A DNA stretch of 64,000 nt from Candidatus Omnitrophota bacterium (GTDB lineage: Bacteria > Omnitrophota > Gorgyraeia > Gorgyraeales > Gorgyraeaceae). The position numbers and the translations under genes were made by a program. The stretch covers positions 3,838 through 67,837 of the forward strand of contig JBHPHU010000003.1 in assembly GCA_042571405.1 (NCBI GenBank), written 5' to 3'. The notes beneath the pieces are model-generated. The model did no database searches, was not told where the DNA came from, and saw only the letters and a list, made by a program, of their open reading frames with translations. Positions 1 to 9,726 of this stretch are shown here, piece by piece. Position 1 is the first letter of the stretch. Each line of letters starts with the position of its first letter.

Positions 1-114
1 CTCACCCCACCTGATGTAATCACTCAATGTCTTATGGCCATACCTTTAATAGCGCTTTATGAGCTAAGCATCTTCCTTTCAAAAATTTCTAGAATTTCTT
101 CAAAAAAGCCTTGA
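1..114 (+). CDS. tatC: Twin-arginine translocase TatC, 3' end (partial)
   Basis: Frame 1 reads LTPPDVITQCLMAIPLIALYELSI...KP*, matching the TatC C-terminal TPPD...P...LYE motif; runs off the window start. Confidence 0.85.
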   Translation, partial: LTPPDVITQCLMAIPLIALYELSIFLSKISRISSKKP

Positions 115-139
115 CAAGATTAGATAATAATACTATACT
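111..139 (+). promoter_or_regulatory. Sigma70-type promoter of the Rrf2 gene
   Basis: TTGACA(111-116)-17 bp-TATACT(134-139), 9 nt before the ATG at 149, no SD sequence. Confidence 0.7.
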
Positions 140-148
140 AGTATCATT

Positions 149-556
149 ATGAATTTCATTTCAAGAGATACGGATTATGCTATACGGGCGCTAGTGGTTA
201 TGGCGGGACTATCTGACAAGGATATTGTAACAGTGGATGAGATTGTCAGGGAAGAGCGTTTGCCGGAGAGATTTTTAAGAAGGATATTTCAAAAACTGGC
301 AAAGAAAAAACTGCTTGTTTCGCATAAAGGGAAAAGAGGAGGTTTTTCTTTTCTGAAATCTCCAGAAAAAATACGACTGATAGATTTAATTGAAATTTTT
401 CAAGGAAAACTGGATTTTACTAATTGTCTTTTAAAAGGCAGGATTTGCCCGAACGTGAAGAAGTGTCGTTTAAGGAAAAAATTAAAAAGTATTTGCCTGT
501 CAGTAAAGAAAGAATTAGCAAAAATTACAGTAGCGTCGCTTTCAAAGGGAGAATAA
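149..556 (+). CDS. Rrf2 family transcriptional regulator
   Basis: TDYAIRAL, GKRGGF wing, C-terminal Cys (CLL..ICP...CRL). Confidence 0.9.
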   Translation: MNFISRDTDYAIRALVVMAGLSDKDIVTVDEIVREERLPERFLRRIFQKLAKKKLLVSHKGKRGGFSFLKSPEKIRLIDLIEIFQGKLDFTNCLLKGRICPNVKKCRLRKKLKSICLSVKKELAKITVASLSKGE

Positions 557-558
557 CT

Positions 559-1272
559 ATGACTAAGAGAAAGATAGTAAAGATTGACGAAGAAAAATGT
601 ACTGGCTGCGGACTTTGTATACCTAATTGTGTAGAAGGCGCGCTTCAGATAGTAGACGGGAAGGCAAAACTCGTGAAAGAAATATACTGTGATGGGCTGG
701 GTGCGTGTCTTGGCCATTGTCCTGAAGAGGCAATTACTATAGAGGAAAGGGATGCTGCTGGTTTTGATGAAAAGGCGGCAAACAAACATTTAGAAGACAT
801 TAAGAAAAAAGAGAAAAAGGAATTACCATGCGGTTGTCCGGGAACAGCAGTTAAGTCATTTAAGAAACCCGAAACCCGTAACCCGTTACCCGCAACTCGA
901 AAGCATGAATCCGAACTCACAAACTGGCCCATACAACTCATGCTTGTGCCTGTAGAAGCGCCTTATTTAAAGGAAGCGGATCTGGTTATAGCTGCGGATT
1001 GTGTGGCGTTTTCATATCCTGATCTTCACCAGGATTTTTTGAGAGACAAGGTGCTTCTCATTGGTTGTCCAAAGCTTGACGCAGCAACTATCTACGAAGA
1101 AAAACTGGCAGAGCTTTTTAAATTGAATAATATAAAGAGCCTTACGGTTCTTCACATGGAGGTACCATGCTGTTTCGGTTTGATTCAGCTGGTAAAAGAA
1201 GCCTTGAGGTTGTCAGGGAAAAAGATACTCTTAAAGGAGATTACTGTAGGAATCAAAGGCGAAATAAAGTGA
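559..1272 (+). CDS. 4Fe-4S dicluster iron-sulfur protein
   Basis: Start moved to ATG 559 (MTKRKIVKIDEEKC); CxxCxxCxxxC, CDGLGACLGHCP, GCPG, NWPIQL, GCPKLD, MEVPCC. Confidence 0.85.
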   Translation: MTKRKIVKIDEEKCTGCGLCIPNCVEGALQIVDGKAKLVKEIYCDGLGACLGHCPEEAITIEERDAAGFDEKAANKHLEDIKKKEKKELPCGCPGTAVKSFKKPETRNPLPATRKHESELTNWPIQLMLVPVEAPYLKEADLVIAADCVAFSYPDLHQDFLRDKVLLIGCPKLDAATIYEEKLAELFKLNNIKSLTVLHMEVPCCFGLIQLVKEALRLSGKKILLKEITVGIKGEIK

Positions 1273-1277
1273 TATTG

Positions 1278-1306
1278 ACCTGCCCCACTTCCGAAGTGGG
1301 GCAGGT
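1278..1306. repeat. Perfect 13-bp-stem hairpin (REP-like or terminator)
   Basis: ACCTGCCCCACTT-CCG-AAGTGGGGCAGGT. Confidence 0.7.
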
Positions 1307-1318
1307 AAGAGGATAAGC

Positions 1319-1564
1319 ATGAGTTTTTTTGACGGATGTCCTGGTTCTAAAAGAATCAAGGAGCCTTTTCCTGAGAATATCCGGTGCAGGTGCGGAAAAG
1401 AGACAGAGATATGGTCAGATGAAGCCGAGACCGCTTGCCCGCATTGCAAAAAGAAAATCTCAAGAGATATGCCGCAGTCATGCCTTGACTGGTGCAGTAT
1501 GGCAAAGGATTGTATAGGCCCGGAAAAGTTTAAAAGATATGAGAAAAGTAAGGAGAAAAAGTAG
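1319..1564 (+). CDS. Small Cys-rich metal-binding protein
   Basis: CPGS, CRCG, EIWSDE, CPHC, SCLDWC; GAGGA SD upstream. Confidence 0.7.
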   Translation: MSFFDGCPGSKRIKEPFPENIRCRCGKETEIWSDEAETACPHCKKKISRDMPQSCLDWCSMAKDCIGPEKFKRYEKSKEKK

Positions 1565-1593
1565 TTGCAATAGAGCAGACTCTATTGTATCTT
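1565..1593 (+). promoter_or_regulatory. Promoter with operator-like palindrome between -35 and -10
   Basis: TTGCAA-17-TATCTT; CAATAGAG-N4-CTCTATTG at 1568-1587. Confidence 0.55.
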
Positions 1594-1600
1594 AAATTCT

Positions 1601-2293
1601 ATGGACCCAAATGTTCTGCATAATATCGGCTATGGGATGTATATCGTCGCTTCTAATAAAGGCGATTCTTTGAATGGTCAGATTGCCAATGCTGTTATTC
1701 AGATAACGAGCGATCCTGTGACTGTCGCGGTAAGCATTAACAAGCAGAACCTTACGCATGAGTTTATAGAAAAGAGCGGCAGATTCAGCGTTTCTATATT
1801 GTCAGAAAACGCGCCGCTTAATTTTATAGGCAAATTTGGTTTTAAGTCAGGCCGGAAAGAAGATAAGTTTAAGGGGATTGAGCTCAAGAAGCTTTCTTCC
1901 GGATGCCCGGTGGTTATGGATTATTCACTTGGTTATCTTGGCGCAAAAGTAGTAAATAAGCTTGATTGTGGTACGCATACGCTTTTTTTAGGAGAGATCT
2001 TAGAATCCGAGATTCTGAAAACAGGTACTCCTATGACATATGCTTATTACCATCAGGTAAAACGCGGCACAACACCAAAAACAGCGCCCACCTTTATTAA
2101 AGGAGAAGGAGTGGCTGCGGGAGGCATTGAAATGCAGAAATATCGATGTGAAGTCTGTAATTATATCTATGACCCGGCAGTAGGTGATCCGGATAACGGA
2201 GTTCAGCCAGGCACGCCATTTGAAAAAATACCCGACACCTGGGTATGTCCAATCTGTGGCGCTACAAAAGACCAATTCGTAAAAGAGGGATAA
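1601..2293 (+). CDS. Flavin reductase-rubredoxin fusion (high-molecular-weight rubredoxin)
   Basis: Flavin reductase domain ([16 protein letters not shown]) plus C-terminal rubredoxin [10 protein letters not shown]...WVCPICG. Confidence 0.9.
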   Translation: MDPNVLHNIGYGMYIVASNKGDSLNGQIANAVIQITSDPVTVAVSINKQNLTHEFIEKSGRFSVSILSENAPLNFIGKFGFKSGRKEDKFKGIELKKLSSGCPVVMDYSLGYLGAKVVNKLDCGTHTLFLGEILESEILKTGTPMTYAYYHQVKRGTTPKTAPTFIKGEGVAAGGIEMQKYRCEVCNYIYDPAVGDPDNGVQPGTPFEKIPDTWVCPICGATKDQFVKEG

Positions 2294-2307
2294 TCTTAGA
2301 GGGTGTT

Positions 2308-2358
2308 ATGATACCAGTTGAAATTAAAAAAGGTATTTACCCCGTACGAAATTTTTAG
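2308..2358 (+). pseudogene. Abandoned 5' fragment of an FprA-like gene
   Basis: SD GAGGG then MIPVEIKKGIY, resembling the start of the next gene (MSKAVKISSGVYWVG), then a stop. Confidence 0.5.
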
Positions 2359-2412
2359 ACATTTAGCTATTAACCAATATACTATGCATAAGAGAGGAGC
2401 AGCGATTTTAAT

Positions 2413-3579
2413 ATGAGTAAAGCTGTTAAAATTTCGTCCGGGGTTTATTGGGTAGGAGCGGTTGATTGGGATTTGAGGAGTTTTCATGGCTATCTCACTC
2501 AGCGGGGGTCTACCTATAATGCCTATCTGATCATAGACAAGAAAATAACGCTCGTAGATACTGTTAAGCACTATTTTTTTGATGAGATGCTGGAAAATAT
2601 TAAAAAGATAGTGGACCCGGCAAAAATAGACTATATTATTTCAAATCACACTGAGATGGATCATTCTGGAGGATTACCAAGGATGATGGAGATAGCGAAA
2701 AACGCAACCCTTGTGTGTTCTCCTAATGGCGAAAAGGGCTTAAAAAGGCATTTTAAGAAAGACTGGAATTTTAAGGTAGTCAGTTCAGGGGATTCTATTA
2801 ATATAGGCAAACGAAATCTGAAATTTGTATGTGTTCCAATGGTACACTGGCCTGACTCGATGGTAACGTATGTTCCTGAGGAGAAGCTACTTTTGTCTAA
2901 CGACGCATTTGGCCAGCATATTGCGTCAGATGAGCGTTTTGTCGACGAACTTGAATGGGACGTTATTAAGGAAGAGGCGACAAAGTATTACGCGAATATC
3001 GTGCTTCCATATGGACTCCAGGTACAAAAGGCATTAGAGGCGGTTTCATCTCTGGATATAGACGTGATAGCGCCTAGCCATGGGTTGATCTGGCGCAAAA
3101 GACTAAAGGATATCATAGATCTTTATAAAAAATGGTCAACTAATACATGTGATAAAAAAGCAGTTATTGTGTATGATACAATGTGGCATAGCACTGAAAA
3201 AATGGCGCATGTTATAGAAAGCGTCTTTAAGGAAAAAGACATAAAATGCATAATTAAGAATCTTCAAAAAAATCACATATCGGATGTAATGACAGATATA
3301 CTGGATGCAAAATATATATGCGTTGGTTCACCTACCCTGAATAACGGCATGCTCCCTACTATTTCGGCATTTCTGACATACATGAAAGGCCTTGCGCCCA
3401 AAGATAGGGTCGGTATTTCCTTTGGTTCATATGGCTGGGGAGGCCAGAGCATTGGCGAGATAGAAAAGATTTTTGAGTCGTGTAAATTTCAACAGCCTTT
3501 AAAAGGGCTAAAAATACAATATGTACCTGATGATGGAGAATTAGAATCATTTAAACAAAAGATAGGAGGGGTAGTATGA
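2413..3579 (+). CDS. fprA: Flavodiiron protein (A-type flavoprotein)
   Basis: GSTYNAYLI, NHTEMDHSG, HWPDSM, SNDAFGQH, APSHG, flavodoxin domain (FGSYGWGG). Confidence 0.93.
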   Translation: MSKAVKISSGVYWVGAVDWDLRSFHGYLTQRGSTYNAYLIIDKKITLVDTVKHYFFDEMLENIKKIVDPAKIDYIISNHTEMDHSGGLPRMMEIAKNATLVCSPNGEKGLKRHFKKDWNFKVVSSGDSINIGKRNLKFVCVPMVHWPDSMVTYVPEEKLLLSNDAFGQHIASDERFVDELEWDVIKEEATKYYANIVLPYGLQVQKALEAVSSLDIDVIAPSHGLIWRKRLKDIIDLYKKWSTNTCDKKAVIVYDTMWHSTEKMAHVIESVFKEKDIKCIIKNLQKNHISDVMTDILDAKYICVGSPTLNNGMLPTISAFLTYMKGLAPKDRVGISFGSYGWGGQSIGEIEKIFESCKFQQPLKGLKIQYVPDDGELESFKQKIGGVV

Positions 3580-4148
3580 TGTTAAAAGGATCAAAGACAG
3601 AAAAAAATCTCCTGGCATCGTTTGCAGGAGAGTCACAGGCAAGGAATCGTTACACGTATTCCGCTAGTGTTGCAAAAAAGGCAGGATATGAGCAGATAGC
3701 AGCTATATTTTTAGAAACAGCTGAAAATGAGAAAGAACATGCAAAGAGGTTTTTTAAGCTACTTCAAGGCGGAGAGGTAGAAATCCAGGCATCGTATCCC
3801 GCAGGCGTAATAGGCGATACAGCGCAGAACCTTGAGGCCTCGGCAGCTGGTGAAAATATGGAGTGGACAAAGCTTTACAAAGATGCGGAAAAGGTAGCGC
3901 GCGAAGAAGGTTTTAACGAAATAGCTGATCAGTTTAAGGAGATCGCAGAGGTTGAGGAAGAACATGAAAAAAGATACAGAAAATTACTAAAGAATATCAA
4001 AGATGGCGCTGTATTTAAAAAAGAAAAGATAGTAAAATGGAAATGTCGGAATTGCGGCTATGTGCATGAAGGCAAAGAAGCGCCTGATAAATGCCCTGCA
4101 TGCGCGCACCCGCAAGCGCATTACGAAATACTCTGTGAGAATTACTAG
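3576..4148 (+). CDS. rbr: Rubrerythrin
   Basis: FAGESQARNRY, EKEHA, C-terminal CRNCGY...CPACAHP. Confidence 0.93.
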   Translation: MMLKGSKTEKNLLASFAGESQARNRYTYSASVAKKAGYEQIAAIFLETAENEKEHAKRFFKLLQGGEVEIQASYPAGVIGDTAQNLEASAAGENMEWTKLYKDAEKVAREEGFNEIADQFKEIAEVEEEHEKRYRKLLKNIKDGAVFKKEKIVKWKCRNCGYVHEGKEAPDKCPACAHPQAHYEILCENY

Positions 4149-4149
4149 T

Positions 4150-4713
4150 ATGAAAGTTTTAGGCGTAAATGGCAGCCCCAGAATAGACGGCAATACAGAT
4201 ATCCTTCTGGAGAAGGTCCTTGAAGGCGCCAGGAGCAAGGGCGCCCTGACAGAAAAAATCATTCTTAACGAACTCAAATTTTCTCCGTGTCAGGAATGCG
4301 CAAATATAAAAAATAACGGCAGCTGTATTCTTGAGGATGATATGCAGAGGCTTTATGATAAGATCAAAACCACGGATGTCCTAATAATTGCCTCTCCGAT
4401 ATTTTTTGGCAGTCTGACAGCGCAGACAAAGGCGATGATAGACCGTTTTCAATGCGCGTGGCAGGCAAAATTCGTATTAAAAAAGGATATCGGATATAAA
4501 AAGATAAAAGGGGCGTTTATTTCCGTTGAAGGCACAGACAGGAAGGATTTTTTTGACAACGCGAAGTCAATAGTCAGGAATTTATTCGCTATCATTAATG
4601 TAGATTACAAGGAAGAACTTTTTTGTCCAAAGATAGATAGCAAGGGCGCGATACAGAAACACACTGATTGTTTAGAAAAGGCATTCAAATTAGGCGCGAA
4701 AATAGTTTCTTAA
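4150..4713 (+). CDS. Flavodoxin family / iron-sulfur flavoprotein
   Basis: Start moved to ATG 4150; GSPRIDGNT, CQEC...C, ASPIFFG, IDRFQ. Confidence 0.85.
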   Translation: MKVLGVNGSPRIDGNTDILLEKVLEGARSKGALTEKIILNELKFSPCQECANIKNNGSCILEDDMQRLYDKIKTTDVLIIASPIFFGSLTAQTKAMIDRFQCAWQAKFVLKKDIGYKKIKGAFISVEGTDRKDFFDNAKSIVRNLFAIINVDYKEELFCPKIDSKGAIQKHTDCLEKAFKLGAKIVS

Positions 4714-4717
4714 AAAG

Positions 4718-4943
4718 AAACCACAGAGGGCACAGAGAAATAATATAATTTTACTCTGTGTTCTCCAAAAAATCTTTGAAGCTCAGCTATTAACTTATCT
4801 GAAAGCTGTGGATAAAAAGATAGATTTTTATTAATTTTGATGTTTTAAGGCTTAAAGAGGGAGATAAAAAGACTAATTTTGTGAGAGCACAGAGAGATTT
4901 TATTGTAAAAACTTCTGTGTTCTCTGTGGTATCTTTTTTGACA
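4718..4943 (+). pseudogene. Degenerate GxxExxY cassette retaining the C-terminal half
   Basis: ACCACAGAG...CTCTGTGGT ends; frameshifted EAQLLTYLK / INFDVLRLKEG / IKRLIL; near-copy of the ends of 14412-14653. Confidence 0.7.
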
Positions 4944-4972
4944 ATGCGTTCTTAAATAAGGGGAGGCGGAAG

Positions 4973-5449
4973 ATGGGGAATCTTTTTTCAGGTCCTGAAG
5001 TAGTGGAAATAGGAATACAGATTGAAAAAAATGGCAAGGCCTTTTACGACGGAGTAGCAAAAATAGCAAAAAGCCAAAAGACAAAAGAGATATTTGGATT
5101 TCTTGGGGGAGAAGAAGAGAAGCACATAGAAAGATTCGAAGGTCTACTCGCGCAGGTCAAGAAATACGAACCATCTGAGGCGTATCCAGGCGAATATTTT
5201 GCCTATCTCAGGGCATTATCAGAGGGGTATGTATTTACAAAGGCAAATAAAGGCGCTGAAATTGCAAAAGGTATAACAAGCGAGAAGGATGCGATAGACG
5301 CGGGTATTGGATTTGAAAAAGACTCGATTCTTTTTTATCATGAGATGCAAAAGTTTGTCTTAGGGGGCGAACAGAAGATTATCGATAAGCTCCTTGAAGA
5401 AGAGCAGGCCCATTTAAGAAAATTGACAGAACTAAAGGAGGCTTTATGA
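4973..5449 (+). CDS. Ferritin-like (rubrerythrin family) protein
   Basis: IEKNGKAFY, EEEKH, EKDSILFY, EEQAH di-iron pattern. Confidence 0.85.
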   Translation: MGNLFSGPEVVEIGIQIEKNGKAFYDGVAKIAKSQKTKEIFGFLGGEEEKHIERFEGLLAQVKKYEPSEAYPGEYFAYLRALSEGYVFTKANKGAEIAKGITSEKDAIDAGIGFEKDSILFYHEMQKFVLGGEQKIIDKLLEEEQAHLRKLTELKEAL

Positions 5450-5682
5450 GTAAGAGCGTAAAGATATATTCGACTTCAACTTGCCATTACTGCCACAGGG
5501 CAAAGGATTTTCTTAAAGAGAAAAATATAGCATTTGAGAATATAGACGTAGGCGCTAATCCTGACGCTGGCAAAGAGATGATGGATAAATCAGGCCAGAT
5601 GGGCGTACCCGTCCTTGATATTGACGGCAAGATAATCGTGGGCTTTGATAAAGAGGCGATATCTGAGGCATTGGGCGCATGA
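5446..5682 (+). CDS. Glutaredoxin-like (NrdH/YruB) redoxin
   Basis: CHYC, SGQMGVPV, IVGFD. Confidence 0.9.
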   Translation: MSKSVKIYSTSTCHYCHRAKDFLKEKNIAFENIDVGANPDAGKEMMDKSGQMGVPVLDIDGKIIVGFDKEAISEALGA

Positions 5683-6290
5683 AAAGCCTTTTGAAGGCCT
5701 ATAAAAAGAAAAAAACAGATATACGAAACAGGTTGCAAGAGTTCCAGCGTGTATATAAAAAAGGGGATAAGGATATATTCGCCGAACTTTGTTTCTGTAT
5801 ATTGACGCCACAGGCAAAGGCAATTATCTGCGATCAGGCTATCAAGAGATTGCAGAGACATGATTTACTTTTTAATGGCTCCAGGAGAGATGTGAGGCGT
5901 TGTTTAAGAGGTGTGCGTTTTCCTAATAATAAGGCGCGGTATTTAATCGAGGCAAGGAAATGTTCAAATTTAAAGGCCAGGATTGATACAAAAGACCTTA
6001 TCAAGGTCAGGGATTGGCTCGTTGAGAATATTAAAGGTCTTGGCTATAAAGAGGCAAGCCATTTTTTAAGAAACATAGGATTTGGTCAGGACCTGGCTAT
6101 ACTCGATAGGCATATACTTAAGAATTTGAAAAGATACAAAGTCATAAAGAAAATACCGGGTTCATTGACTAGAAAAGAATACATGAAAATAGAAAACAAA
6201 ATGAGAGAGTCTTTTCAACAGTTAAATATCACACTGGAAGAGTTAGACCTCTTATTCTGGTCTAACGAAACAGGCGTGATATTTAAATAA
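5679..6290 (+). CDS. 8-oxoguanine N-glycosylase/DNA lyase (OGG2-type)
   Basis: ELCFCILT, RFPNNKARY, GLGYKEASHFLRN, ILDRHIL, LDLLFW. Confidence 0.88.
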   Translation: MKSLLKAYKKKKTDIRNRLQEFQRVYKKGDKDIFAELCFCILTPQAKAIICDQAIKRLQRHDLLFNGSRRDVRRCLRGVRFPNNKARYLIEARKCSNLKARIDTKDLIKVRDWLVENIKGLGYKEASHFLRNIGFGQDLAILDRHILKNLKRYKVIKKIPGSLTRKEYMKIENKMRESFQQLNITLEELDLLFWSNETGVIFK

Positions 6291-6370
6291 AAAAAGGAGG
6301 TATAGCATGAATATTATAGTTAGATATATGCTAAGACCTGTAGCTCACTGCAAAGAGGGCTGCTGTATCA

Positions 6371-6404
6371 GCCCCGTACCACTCACTATGTTCGGGTACG
6401 GGGC
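6371..6404. repeat. GCCCCGTAC...GTACGGGGC palindrome
   Basis: Related stems at 12675-12698 and 58648-58691. Confidence 0.65.
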
Positions 6405-6480
6405 AAACTCCCGGGCATGAGCTAAAACTGCCCACTTTTTGGCTTGCCAAATTCCTGCCTATCTGTTAAAATTACCCCAT

Positions 6481-9400
6481 ATGAAAAAGGCTGTAAAGTA
6501 TCATATAGATTCTAATAATGAATTTATTATAGAAAACTATAACCAGGCAGGGAACTTCTCTAATTTCTTGCCAGGCATAGCAGGACTATTTGGGAAGCCC
6601 ATGTGGGCATTTTATGTCAATAGAGCCCAGTGCGTGTGCAGTTTTGGCATTAAGAGTAAAGACAACCCTATCATGGAATTTTTACCTGCGAATAGGGCCT
6701 ACCAGCTCGTGTCTTCACAAGGCTTCCGAACATTTATAAAAATAAAATCTAAAAAAGAAACCACCCTATATGAACCGTTTCGCGTTAACTCTGAAGCGAC
6801 TCAAAAGATGTTCATTAGTTCTCATGAGCTAAGGCTTAAGGAAGTCAATCACGAGCTTGGTATTGAGGTGGAAGTAACTTATTTTACTATACCCGGTGAA
6901 TCATTTGCAGGTCTTGCAAGAATAGTTACATTAAAGAATATATCAAAGAAAGATTTGAAGATAGAGCTGTTGGACGGCGCGCCTCTTTTTATACCTTATG
7001 GCGTGTCAAATTTCTTCCTTCAGAAGATGAGGCGCACTGTTGAGGCATGGATGCTTGTGGAGAATTTAGCAACGCGCGCTCCGTTTTATAGGTTAAAAGT
7101 TGACCCCCGGGATGTATCTGAGACATCTTTTATAAGCGAGGGTAATTTTTACCTGAGCACCTTATCTAAGCACGGGAAAAAGCCAGAACGCTTGCCTGTC
7201 TTTGTTGATCCGGAATTGATTTTCGGAGAGATCAATGATTTTTCATACCCCGCGAATTTTGTAAATGAGCCGGGGCTCAAAGTGTCTGATTCGCAGGCAA
7301 GCCAGAATAAGCTTCCCTGTGCTATGTCTCTAGCATCGTTCAAGCTTAAAAAAGAAGGGAGTTCGACCCTTTATTCCTTAATAGGCCACATGAGCTCAAA
7401 AGAAAAGCTGAATTCCATGATATCGCGCTTGACTGACAAGCAATTTTTTATAGATAAAAGAGAAGAGAACAAGGCCATTATACAAGAACTTCAAGACGAT
7501 GTTTTTACATGCTCGGCTGAAAATAAATACGATCTTTACTGTAAACAGACATTTCTCGATAACGTACTGCGCGGCGGCTATCCGGTAAATTTCGGAAATT
7601 CCTCGCCTACATTTTATGTATACTCCAGAAAGCATGGCGACCTGGAAAGGGATTACAATAGATTCTATGTAGATCCTACTTATTTCTCGCAGGGTAACGG
7701 TAATTTCAGAGACATGAATCAAAATCGCAGGAACGACGTATTCTTTAATCCTGATGTAGGGGATTCAAATATTTTTAATTTTTATAATCTACAGCAAGCG
7801 GATGGTTTTAATCCTTTAGTCCTGCGCGGAGTAAAATTCAGAGTTAAAAATAACGTATTATTAAGAGACGCCTTTAAAGGAAAAGTAGATTTAAACTCTA
7901 TAAAAAAGATAGAATATATTTTACAGAATGATTTTTCTCCCGGAGAATTTTTCATGACCATTGAAAAGGCCGGTATTAAATTAAAGAGACCATGGCATGA
8001 ATTTCTAGACGAACTTTTAAGGAATTGCGATGCGAAATACGAAGCTACTCATGGTGAGGGATTTTGGATAGACCACTGGACGTACAATCTTGATTTGGTA
8101 GAGAGCTTCTTGTCAGTATATCCGGAGAAGTTAAAAGAGATTTTATTGGATAAAAAAGAATTTACTTTCTACGATAATTCTCATTTCGTAAAATCTCATG
8201 CGGAGAAAAGTCTCCTGGTGGGTCTAGGCAAAGTCAGGCAGTATCATTCATTGGGCCGTGATTTAAAAAAGGAACATTTGATAAAAAAGCGTCATGACGA
8301 CGCGTATGTAATGCGCTCATCTAAAGGAGAGGGAAAGATATATAAGACGACGCTTCTTGTTAAGATGTTGTGCGTTATAGTAAATAAAATCGCGTCTATA
8401 GGTCCTTGCGGCAGAGGCATTGAGATGGAGGCGGATAAGCCAGGCTGGTGCGATTCAATGAATGGCCTGCCGGGATTATTCGGCACATCTACACCCGAGG
8501 TCTTTGAGTTAAAGAGGCAGGTTGTTTTTATATTAGATTCTCTGAAAAAGTTGAGTTTAAGCCCTGGAGTGAAGATCAGGCTTTCAGGGGAAATACAAGA
8601 TTTTATGACAAATCTGGAGTTACTCATTAAGGCATCCAAGAGCAAAAAAGATTTTTATTATTGGAGCAAAGCCAATTTATTAAAGGAGAAGTACAGGAAT
8701 AAGATCAAACTCGGTTTTAGCGGCATCGAAGCTACATTTAGTATTCTAGAATTAGAAAGAATCCTCAAGTTATTCCTTTCAAAAGTAGACTCTGTCATTA
8801 AAAAGACATATATTCCGTCGCAAAATGTTTATGCTACTTATTTCGTAAATGACGTATCTAAATTCAAAAATCTTAATAAGCGGGATCCAGTCACAGAACT
8901 TCCCCTTGTAGAGCCTATGGCTTTTAAAAGCACCAGAATGCCTTTATTTTTAGAAGGAAATGTGCGAGCCATGAGGGTCGAAAAGGACATAAAGAGAAAA
9001 AAGGCGTTGTATAATGCAGTGAAAAAGACATCTCTATATGATAAGAAGCTAAACATGTATAAGCTCAACGGATCTCTGGAAGGCATATCAAAGGAAGTGG
9101 GCCGCTCCAGCGTATTTACGCCTGGGTGGTTAGAGAATGAGTCTATCTGGTTACATATGGAGTACAAATATCTTTTGGAGATTTTGCGAGCAGGCCTTTA
9201 TAAGGAATTTTTCGAGGAATTTAAGAATGTCCTTATACCATTTCAGGAACCAGATGTTTACGGAAGGAGCGTGTTCGAAAATTCATCTTTTATAGTATCA
9301 AGCGCGTTTCCTGATAAGAAGTTACACGGCAGGGGTTTTGTAGCAAGGCTCAGCGGTTCAACCGCGGAGATGATGACTATATGGCTATTGATGAATGTAG

Positions 9401-9726
9401 GGGAGAAACCATTTTTCCTTAATAATAAGGGAGAACTTTGTCTAAAGTTCAGCCCGGTATTGCCAGGTTGTCTTTTTACTCAAAAGGCCAAGAATGGATT
9501 TCCAAAAAATAGTTTTGCGTTTAAGTTTTTAGGCAAGACAACAGTTGTGTACCATAACCCCAGAAGAAAAAATACTGCCGGCGCAAACTCAGTAAAGATA
9601 CGTTTTATTATCATCAAATATGATAGCGGCAAGAAGGTAGAAGTAAAGAAAGGCATTATTGATGCGCCTTACGCGCAAAATATAAGAGACAGAAAAGTAG
9701 AGAGGATAGATATTTACCTTGGATAA
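6481..9726 (+). CDS. Large glycoside phosphorylase, GH94-related (resembles GH161 beta-1,3-glucan phosphorylase)
   Basis: Start ATG 6481 after TTGCCA-17-TAAAAT; FLPGIAG..GKPMWAFYVNR, SRKHGDLERDYN, QGNGNFRD.NQNRR, KPGW.D.MNGLPG, ENESIWLHM, RLSGSTAE. Confidence 0.7.
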   Translation: MKKAVKYHIDSNNEFIIENYNQAGNFSNFLPGIAGLFGKPMWAFYVNRAQCVCSFGIKSKDNPIMEFLPANRAYQLVSSQGFRTFIKIKSKKETTLYEPFRVNSEATQKMFISSHELRLKEVNHELGIEVEVTYFTIPGESFAGLARIVTLKNISKKDLKIELLDGAPLFIPYGVSNFFLQKMRRTVEAWMLVENLATRAPFYRLKVDPRDVSETSFISEGNFYLSTLSKHGKKPERLPVFVDPELIFGEINDFSYPANFVNEPGLKVSDSQASQNKLPCAMSLASFKLKKEGSSTLYSLIGHMSSKEKLNSMISRLTDKQFFIDKREENKAIIQELQDDVFTCSAENKYDLYCKQTFLDNVLRGGYPVNFGNSSPTFYVYSRKHGDLERDYNRFYVDPTYFSQGNGNFRDMNQNRRNDVFFNPDVGDSNIFNFYNLQQADGFNPLVLRGVKFRVKNNVLLRDAFKGKVDLNSIKKIEYILQNDFSPGEFFMTIEKAGIKLKRPWHEFLDELLRNCDAKYEATHGEGFWIDHWTYNLDLVESFLSVYPEKLKEILLDKKEFTFYDNSHFVKSHAEKSLLVGLGKVRQYHSLGRDLKKEHLIKKRHDDAYVMRSSKGEGKIYKTTLLVKMLCVIVNKIASIGPCGRGIEMEADKPGWCDSMNGLPGLFGTSTPEVFELKRQVVFILDSLKKLSLSPGVKIRLSGEIQDFMTNLELLIKASKSKKDFYYWSKANLLKEKYRNKIKLGFSGIEATFSILELERILKLFLSKVDSVIKKTYIPSQNVYATYFVNDVSKFKNLNKRDPVTELPLVEPMAFKSTRMPLFLEGNVRAMRVEKDIKRKKALYNAVKKTSLYDKKLNMYKLNGSLEGISKEVGRSSVFTPGWLENESIWLHMEYKYLLEILRAGLYKEFFEEFKNVLIPFQEPDVYGRSVFENSSFIVSSAFPDKKLHGRGFVARLSGSTAEMMTIWLLMNVGEKPFFLNNKGELCLKFSPVLPGCLFTQKAKNGFPKNSFAFKFLGKTTVVYHNPRRKNTAGANSVKIRFIIIKYDSGKKVEVKKGIIDAPYAQNIRDRKVERIDIYLG

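Noticed and set aside
149-6290. Oxidative-stress cluster (and the Bat operon at 30361-38333) as a novel system
   Set aside because: Well-known gene sets in anaerobes; nothing unusual beyond the scars reported
6307-6420. 37-codon ORF with strong AGGAGG, containing MLRP and three Cys
   Set aside because: No signal peptide, and its 3' half is a palindromic repeat; it may be a gene remnant but cannot be supported as functional
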